64,000 bases of DNA from Paramecium tetraurelia (taxonomy: Eukaryota): the NCBI GenBank assembly GCA_000165425.1, contig CT868070.1:62001-126000 (forward strand). Reading direction: 5' to 3'. The notes below the pieces were generated by a model, which was not told the DNA's origin, did not search any database, and saw nothing but the letters and a program-made list of their open reading frames with translations. Below, one piece after another: positions 55,017 to 64,000 of this stretch. Every line of letters begins with the position of its first letter. The first letter of the stretch is position 1. The position numbers and the translations under genes were made by a program.

Positions 55017-58000
55017 ATGATGATTATCCAAAGAGAAAGCTCAAAAGAGGTGGAAATGGTTTCAATTTATGGATAAACAGCTTAGCGATAAGCACAAGAT
55101 GTGGACATTAACGTAGTCTAAGGAAAACATGATTAATATATTATAAATAATTTAAAGGATTTCTTTGATATAAATAATTTAATTATTTTTTTTAAACATT
55201 TTAAGCAAATTAGAAGTAACAAAATGGACAACGAAGAAAATGAGCAATAAGATATTTCAGTAGGTGTGTTATAAATAATGCATTTGTTCGCTATATATAC
55301 CATTATATATTAATTTTAATTCCTATTTTATCTATAGTTTATAACCAATTAAATAAGAAAGATATTGGATTCAGACCCAAAAAGCTAACAATTTCAAGAG
55401 ATTTACAAGTATTAATATATTAAAAATCATTTAGAGTTAAGCTTGTGATATTTGTGCAGTTGGATTCGAAAGCAGATTTTAATAATAAGAAAGAGGTAAA
55501 CATAGAAAAATAATAGTTATAAAGGAATGACAATAATATCCTGTTATGGATGTTAATTAAGTTGTCACTTGTATTGTTATGGTATTTCCACTGAAATAGA
55601 GTTGAATCCCAATTCTAATAATTAAGGATATTTTGCATGTGATAAATGCAAATATAGTCAGAAGCAAGATCAAATATGCGTTGTTTGTAATCAAAAAGGT
55701 GGTTTAAAGAAGAGAATTAATAATACCAATGAATTTGTTCATCCTCTTTGCGGATTATTATCCAAACAACTTGAATTAACTTCATTTATGGAAATGAAAT
55801 TCAAGAAGCCCAATAACATAATATAAGTTGCTAAATCAATATGTTCATATTGCAAATCTTAAGGAGCCACAATTAAATGCTAATAATCAGGATGCAATAC
55901 TTATGCTCACATATATTGTATTGTTAATTACATCGCAAATTATGGTGGATACAATTTAACATACTCAGAAAACTTATAAAGATCAACAGGATGGGAAATC
56001 TAATTTAATTATAAATAATTGTTCTGCCCTGGTAACCTTGTTTAAGCAGGAAATGATAAAACTCAATTAAAAATTAAATCCTAATCTATTTTCTAGTAAT
56101 TTATGGAAATTTAGAAAGTTGATAAGTAAATTAATCTAGATTAACTCTATGATATGTATTAATAATAAGAAAAAATAGAAGAAGAAAAAGAGTATTTATT
56201 TATGTTATACTAGACAATTGATGGAATTCTTTTGTTCTCCTCATTAGAATTAATAGATTTATTGTTGTTGTCAATAGTAATTGGCTAATGATTCCGAAGA
56301 AATGGTTCAATGTGAAACCTGTATGGAATGGTATCATGATAAGTGTTTACGTCAATATCAAGATGATTATGAAGAATAGAAGAATAAAGATCATTATTTC
56401 TGTCCTTTTTGTAATCAATGGAGCAATAATCGTTTTGATCATATTCTTAAATATGTTCCAGTTAATAATTTAAAGTCCTTATTGCCTTCCTTTTTAAAAA
56501 TGACATTCAATACTCTTATCATTTTAGGCATCTATTGTGAAAGAAGTCTGACAACATAGATTTCATCATGTAAAGTTATATATAATTTAATAGATTCTGA
56601 ATCTTAATACACAATTATAGAAACAATCTTGAGTAATTTACCGTTTTATTAACCCTTACAATAGCAATTATCTTAAATTAAGCAAAAATCAAATGTTACT
56701 GATTTTATGAATTTCCTTTTTAAATCATAGATAGCTTATAAAGATGATAATCAATGGTTTATTTTATCATAATTAAATGAATCTAATCAACCTATTTAGC
56801 AGAATATAATATATAATAACGAATTAAAGGATAAATTAAATTCAGTTATCAATTTATTTAAAGATTTTGATGAGTGCAAATTTTATATTGAATTGTTGGA
56901 TAAATTGAATAATCTACAATTAGCCTTTTAAATTATTACATCCGGAACTAAAATAACTAAGAATACTATATAAAATCAATTTAAATCAAATGAATTTTAA
57001 GAATACATATTTTTGTAATAATAGGTTAAGGAGTATAAAAGAGTCAAGAAAAGATTTATTAGCAAATTGTAAGAAGCTGAAGATAAATTCTGTGATTTTG
57101 AATAGATCATGAATGAAGAGGTATAGGAATAGGATTCTTCTGAAGAGGAGGATGATGTAGAAGATGAACTAGAGGATTATGAAAAACTACAGAGCTATTT
57201 AGGTTTTAAAATATTTTAAATTAAAAATTACTAATAATTTTATAATCTCACTTCTGAAACAAGAATCAAATTAAATTAGATTAAATTGAGTAAGGAATTT
57301 GTTGAAAAAACAATTCAAGAATTAAATTCATTGTTAATTACAGTTCCCTGGGTAGAAATCTTAAAACAAGAATTGTAAGAAGGATATCTCATTGTGTAAT
57401 AGTTAGAAAATGCTAAATCATCGGATGAAATATAGTTATTGTTAAATAAGCTTGAAGAATTACCTTTCCATTATAAAGATTTTCCAGAGTTTTATGAATT
57501 TATATCCAAATACTAATTATATTAGAGATATATGCAAGATTTGGAATTGCAAGAAAAGGATGAAGATGACAGTGAAATCTAAGTTACTAAAGATATTCAG
57601 ACAAAGATCACATGCGATCATCTTTAAATGCTGAAATAATTATCTATTGAAATCAAGGCTCCTGAGAAAGACAAATAGGTATTGGAGTAGGTGGAGAAGT
57701 AGTTAAATGAATTTAGATAGAGATTGAGAGGTATGATTGAACAGAAGAGTTTGAATGAACAAATGAGAAAGAAGTTTTAATCTGAACTATAAATTAATAA
57801 GATTTATGATGTCCCTGAAATCTATGAATTATAGAAAAGACTAGAACAATTTTAAGAGGTTGAAAAAATTAGAATGGCTAAATCTTAAACTCTTCAACAA
57901 CTCGAGCATGCTTTAGAAAAATCTAAAGAATTCAATTTTGATGAAAAGATTATTAATCAATTTGATTAGGATATAACTAAATGCTTATTGAAAAAGAAAG

Positions 58001-61000
58001 AAATTAAAGCTTTGTTGGAGAATGAAATATTTGAAACTGAATAATTAGATTAGGCTAAATAATTACTCTAAGATATTTCTTAAAGTAAGGTAATTTATGA
58101 GGAGAAATAATTATTATAGAGTTTGAATAAAGCTTGCTAATTTATTTAATAATTATATGAATTTTATTAAAAATATAAATCTCCAGATTAGGAAATGGAA
58201 ATTGAAGATGATAAAAATCCAGACTTATAATTTAAAATTAATTAAGTTTGCAATCCCTTTTAAATTCTATTTAAAGATGATAATGAAACTATCATACTAG
58301 AATTAGAAAATATTTTAAGCAAATAATCAATCATACTTGACAAAAGAATAAATACTGTTTTAAATAATTATTAGCATTTTCTTTGGGAAAAACAAACCAA
58401 ATTATTGTTATCCTTCTGCGAATCCAAATAAGAAATGCAAATATAATTAATAGAAGCAGTACTTTCGAAGTCATTCACTTTGGATGAAAATGAATAAGCA
58501 AAATTAATTGATTTTTCAGAGATGTTCTATAATCAATAAAAAATTGTTATTTCTTTAAGTACCTAAATTGGAAACTATTTATTTCAAGTGCCTCTTCCCC
58601 AAGAATTAGAAGGATGGTTCTACTTATATGGCTAAGTAACTCTTAATATAAAAGGAGGAATCTGGGACCAAATGAAAATATATAATGTTTGGGTTACGAT
58701 TGTAAAGAAGTATTTTGAAATTACAACAACACCAGAGTTTACATATGAAAGTCTAAAATTATTATAGGATGTTATTGTTATGTCACATATTCCTAAATAA
58801 GCATTGATTTGCGCAAATTTGGTCCAAAAAATAGCTTGTTTCAATGCCCTGGTTGATAAAATGAAAGATTATAACATAAGAAAATAGATATTCCTAGAAA
58901 AGAAGAAGTCAAAATAAGATTTATAAAAATTCAAATAATGCTTTACAATTGCAGAAGCCAGATTATTGGATTAAGAGATCAAAACATGTAACATAGCGCA
59001 TGACTTTATTTCGAAAGATTTCTATCAAGATTTTCAAAATCTTCATTAAATTTAAGAAGAATTTAGCAATTGTTCTTCTGAGGATATCTCTGCCCTTACA
59101 ACTTTGTATTAGAGATTGATTTAATCATTTATTTAAGATTAATAATTAATGGAAGATTTGAAGATAAATATCTATTTATTGAAACTAAAAGAAATATTAA
59201 AAGGGAATAAATTAGTTGAATTATACAAAGCCAAAAAGCAATACAATAGCCTAATGTAATTGTTGCAATCTCGTAATTTGTAAATCCCAAATTTCATAAT
59301 TGAATTAAATACTTTATTAAATATTGCTGAAAGAATTTAAAATATAGCAAATAAGATCAAAAATAATCAACCCTATACATTTGAAGAATTATAATAATCT
59401 ATACAAGATATAGATAAGATTCAAAATATCAATATTGAGAGATCGTAAGATGTTGAGATTAGATATCATGAATGCCTTTAAATCTAAAATGAAATTCAAG
59501 AGATTGTTCAATCTCAAATTAAAACAAAGGAAGTTGTAGTTCAAAATATATTAGAAAAATTATAGAACTTACCTCTACCAGAAGAGAAGCAATTAGTGTA
59601 ATCTTGGTTGAATTCTTTCGAATAACTGAAGTAAAGTTATTCCACATTAAGATAAACAATCTCAAAATAAAAAACAAATCCTAATAGTAAAGAATTGACT
59701 GATTTGATGAATAACTTTTAAAAGAAATACAAAGACATAATGATAATATATTCTGATGCTGATCATTTTATTAGAGAATACTAGGAATTTAATAAGAAAT
59801 TAGAATATATTGAAAATAATTTATAAACTGAATAGTCATTCAATGATTTTCATGATTTACTCAGCATATTTAGATGGGGGGATTAATATGAAAGAGTCAA
59901 AATTGCTATTTGGATTAAATAAGTCAATCAATTCAAGGAAAACCCATAATAAAAATGGGGATTTGCTTCGTTTAGAAATATGTTGAATCAAGGTTATGAT
60001 ATAATTGATTAAGCTTTAATGAATAATTAAAAGTTATCAATCGAAAAAATGAAGGTTCCATTAACTTATTTAGAATCAATCATGACTAAATTGATTGATT
60101 CAGTTGCAAGTGGATCATATTTAGATCCAAGTGGCGAAGGAAAAGTTGATGCTTTTTAATTGTAAATTGAACTTTAACATATTACTCAACATGATAAATT
60201 AGAAAGGTTAAGAGAATTGCAACCAAAAAAACCATTTGAAGACATAAATTCATACTTTGATAAGAAATAAAAATAATAATATATGCGAAAGAAGAATCAA
60301 TAGAGAGAGGAGAAAGAGGAACAAAATAATTAAGTTGACAGCATTAAGAAAGTCAAAAAATAGTAAACTAATGAAACGGTTACTTAATAATTAAGAGATG
60401 CAAAGAAAAAAGAATTATTATAAGTTATTTGGAGAAATCCAACATTATCAAATTTGAAGAATTAGGAATTCTATTAAGGCAAAATAAAGATTTTTGAAAA
60501 TTAAGAGTTTGGCACTTTCAATACAAACAAGTCAAGTATTTATTATTATTTTATAATTTAGTGTATTTGGAGAGAATGGCAATACTCATTTAAACCTTTA
60601 AAGAATTGCAATAATTACCTAATTTTTCAAAAAGAATTGTTGAAAAAGGATTCAATATAGAATAGGTTAATTATGCAGTAAGAAAATATGAAACCAAGGC
60701 TCTTTTATAGATAGAAGAAAAGTTGATGTAAAGACCGAATCCATCATCTTCATAATAATAAGATTACAACCCTCTAGCTCCAAATAAAAATAAAATAGTT
60801 GCTATTCAGCCAGTTAATTAGAAAAATGCTTAACCTGTTGTTAAATAAGTGTAATCTAATTAAACACAATCTAAATTAACTAAGGAAGATGTTCTTAATT
60901 AAATTTTGAATGATTCATATCCTAACAATAAATTATAATAATAGCAACTATAGTAATAATAATAAATCTAATCTCAATCCAAATCATTGTAGTTATAATA

Positions 61001-62426
61001 ACAATAGCCTTAAACATTTTATAAATAATAATAATTATAGCCTTAAATTATATAATTGTAATAAAAATCATTATAATAATAATAGTAGCCACCATAATAG
61101 TAACAATAATTATAATCATCTATTTTTGATAATACTTATTCTGATTAGATCAAATAAACCTTTCAATATCAATCACAATAATCACTCTAATCATCATAAT
61201 CATAACTTTAATAATAATCCTCGAAATCGTTGCTTTCTCCAAGCAGATCTATAAGTAAAGGAGTTAATGAATCCATTTCGTCTGATTTACCAGAATTGGA
61301 AGTTTTGAAAATGGAAAATCCAAATAAACCCATTTTGTATAATCCAGATGATGATGAACCAGACTAAAAAGTAATTGTATAAAAAATTGAAGTATATCAA
61401 TTGATTATTTTAGGTGACTCCACTTAACTTTGGAGATAAAATCTTAAAAATAGGAAAGAGATATAGATTTAATATAAAAGATTAATAAGTATCTTGTGAA
61501 TTTTACACTAATTCTTTGGATAATAAATTGAAAGAATTTCCTAAGTTTTCCAGTGAATTTAAACATTAAAAATTTTAACAATAAGATACAACATTACAAT
61601 AGATGGAAAGATTAGCGAATAAAAACATGTAAATAATTTTAGCAGGATGGGTGGTTCCAGAAAAATACACTGAGTTTGGTGATATTCTAAAGTTTAGTGA
61701 AATGTTAAGAAAAGATTAATCTTTCATATCATTTCCTTTAAGTGATTCATTTTATACTGTTGTATATTTAATGCATTACGATTAATTGTAAAACTCATAA
61801 TTATTTGCAAATTTCAAATTGACAGAATTTGTATCTGAATCACATTACTTAAAAAGAGACTTAGGAATCATTAAATTTTGGGGGAATTTGATCCCTAAAT
61901 TATGCTTTGTAATAACTATAAAATAATAAACTGCAGCAATGATGTTGAGTAGTTTTAATCCTTTGCAGTACGATACAGCAAAGAATGTATTTAAGGTATT
62001 GGTTTTTCAATAATTATTAGTCTAAAGAGTTTTGCAAATGGGTTGAAGGTAAAATAAGTGAAGAGAAAGCAAGTAAGAAATTATAACAATCACAATAATT
62101 ATTGTAATAGCAATAATAATAATAATAACAATAGCAACAGTAATAATAATAGCAATAATAATAATAATAAAAGTAATAATCGTAGTAATAATAATCATAA
62201 TAGCAATAATAAATATAAACAGAATTAGAACCTGTGACTTCTGAAGAGGAAGACAATAATCAAATTAATAGTTAAAATGGTTAAAGCCATTTATTTGGTA
62301 ATCCAAATTCCGAGGTAAGGGATAAGTTTATAAAAGTAGGAAAATGGATATGAATAATTGCTTGCGTTGTTACAATCAGATAAACAAATTATGGGGGAGC
62401 TATTTAAAAATAACAATATAGGATGA
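55017..62426 (+). CDS. Giant chromatin reader (~2400 aa): PZP (PHD-Zn knuckle-PHD), extra PHD, long helical region, possible TFIIS-M-like and SPOC-like domains, polyQ
   Basis: ACDIC..SCYGCQLSCHLYCYGI..ACDKC..CVVC..GGLK..VHPLC..CSYC..GATIKC..GC..AHIYC (55444-55920); LYCCC..MVQCETCMEWYHDKC..YFCPFC (56255-56420); 5' exon structure uncertain. Confidence 0.85.
60927..61215 (+). repeat. Coding polyglutamine-rich tract (TAA/TAG/CAA codons)
   Basis: Runs such as taataatagcaa in frame within the 55017-62426 gene. Confidence 0.85.
62084..62218 (+). repeat. Coding polyglutamine tract (TAA/TAG/CAA codons)
   Basis: (taa)n runs interspersed with tag/caa/cag in frame near the C-terminus of the same gene. 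Confidence 0.9.
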
Positions 62427-62479
62427 ATTTGAATATTTTATAGAAAAATGAGATTATAATTAATTCGTTTTTAATATCA

Positions 62480-64000
62480 ATGTGTGTCGGTGACATATTA
62501 GGAATGTGCCTTGGTCCAATAGCAACGTGCACCAAATATCTATGTGGTGCTCTAGGACTGGGATTGGTATTTACAGCAGGGGCAGTTGGAATAGATTTGA
62601 CGGCAGATTGGCCAATTATATTAATAATTCTTGCATCAATATTAGCATTAATATGGTGTATAATGGCATACTTTGGGGGATTATAAGAAAGAGAGGATGA
62701 ACCTTAACATTTAGCAAAATAATTTGAATTGATATGTGAAACTTAAGAAATAGTGAGACAATATGAAGTATTCAATTAAATAATAATAGGTAAGGCATAA
62801 CTACGCTAGTGAATTGGCTGATGGGTGCATTCAGATATCAAATACAATAATAGGAATGTTCTTTACATAATTGATATACGCACTAATCTTATTGATTTTG
62901 TTTCTGTTGGCAACTGTATCAATATGAAAATATTTATGTAGATCTGGTTCATTCCAGTTGGAACTAAAGCAGGATTCATAGTAGGTTTATTTTTTGGATT
63001 TGTATCAATAACAATAATTGCTTGGACAGCATACACATTTGCAGGTCGATCTATATGTAAGGTGATAACAACTGCAATTTAAAATAAATGGGAGCTATAT
63101 GATTTCATGTATACTGTAGGATTTGGTGTGGTTCTGATGTGCATAGCATCCATCTATTTCATTTTCTTAATATTATTCTTTTTATTTAGAAGTTTGTAAG
63201 GATTAAGCAATGATAACAAACCACAAGATAAATTACAGTTGATGGGTGTTTGCTGCTGTGGCTATGCTTTGGGAATAATAGTTTGCGCATTTATATATAG
63301 AGAATCAACCAGCATTTTGGGTAGAAGTATATTTAATGCCATTGATGGATTGGTGAAATGCGATAGAAACCTAAGTTTCAATAACCCCTATATTTCATCA
63401 CCCACTAAATTATTATATGTGATTTCAAATATAATCAGTACATAAGTAGTAAATTTGTTGGACTCAGCTATATGCATAGCAGTATTAACAGTTGGAGGAT
63501 TTTTAATATTCTCTAATTCTGAAGAAGTAGCGAAAGAAAATATTACTTGGAAATCATTGTTGGCTCCAACATTGTACTTTTGTGTAAATGTCTTTTGTGC
63601 AGTGATAGTATAGACATTGAAGAGTATGATTTGGGATAATGAAGTAGTGAGATTCACTAAATTGAACATCAGGCAATAAGTGTTGATTACTCATTTAATG
63701 ACATTATTAATCTTCTTTTTCATGCCTATGGTTACAATCTTAAAGTAGTTTTCTTTAAAAGGAGTTGAAGCACCTGCAACATTGGCTAAGGAAGACATTA
63801 CAATTAGAAAGATCACTTATTGTTGTATTTTGGGTCAATTAAGCAATTTAGTATTATTAACAATAGGAGAATGGATGACATCGCATGGTTGCCAACCAGT
63901 TAGAAATTTGGTACATATTTTAATTTATTAAGAGGCATTATCATCATCTGAAAGAATATTAACACAATCATACAATTATGCAACATTTCTTAGTGCTTCT
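62480..64000 (+). CDS. Highly divergent membrane H+-pyrophosphatase homolog, probably catalytically inactive (3' end outside window)
   Basis: Many TM helices; GYALG.....FIYRESTSILGRS aligns to GYGLG.....LFGRVGGGIYTKA, and GEWMTSHGCQPVRNL aligns to TEYYTSNAYSPVQDV of V-PPases; introns ~62768-62789 and ~62916-62941. Confidence 0.8.

Noticed and set aside
55142..55170. Retained 27-bp IES between TA-containing direct repeats
   Set aside because: Ends do not match the TAYAG-like inverted consensus; a simple tandem duplication explains it.
62017..62256. Poly-Tyr/Cys ORF on the minus strand and poly-Asn ORF 60910-61254 in the ORF track
   Set aside because: Antisense or off-frame shadows of (TAA)n polyglutamine tracts in the large + strand gene.

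Overview
AT-rich, very gene-dense eukaryotic DNA from a ciliate, almost certainly a Paramecium macronuclear (somatic) chromosome. Coding frames stay open only if TAA/TAG are read as Gln and TGA is the sole stop, most introns are tiny (20-30 nt, GT...AG), and many intergenic spacers are 10-50 bp. The supplied ORF track uses the standard code and fragments nearly every gene, so genes were re-read by hand; boundaries are manual and may be off by a few codons. About 40 genes were found: two tandem class-3 lipases, a membrane hybrid histidine kinase, an FCP/NIF-type HAD-like protein, a vacuolar sorting receptor, a UBTD/DC-UbP protein, coiled-coil proteins, a multi-RRM/RS protein, two kinases (CAMK-like, SRPK) and two pseudokinases, an F-box protein, two trichocyst matrix proteins, a DUSP-USP deubiquitinase, Fes1/HspBP1, PRP38B, FolD, a RING protein, an E2, Derlin, CRAL-TRIO, an HTH protein, a ~2400 aa PZP/PHD chromatin reader and a membrane pyrophosphatase homolog cut by the window end. 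No rRNA, tRNA, CRISPR array, telomere or intact transposon was recognised. Most notable: (1) the H+-pyrophosphatase homolog has lost its first catalytic acidic motifs; (2) a prokaryote-style ATGA stop/start overlap joins the histidine kinase to the HAD-like gene; (3) rare long 5' introns each contain a ~38-nt hairpin; (4) both trichocyst genes share two upstream motifs; (5) two unusual domain fusions; (6) single-base frameshifts in four otherwise intact genes (assembly error, pseudogenisation or cryptic-intron rescue).
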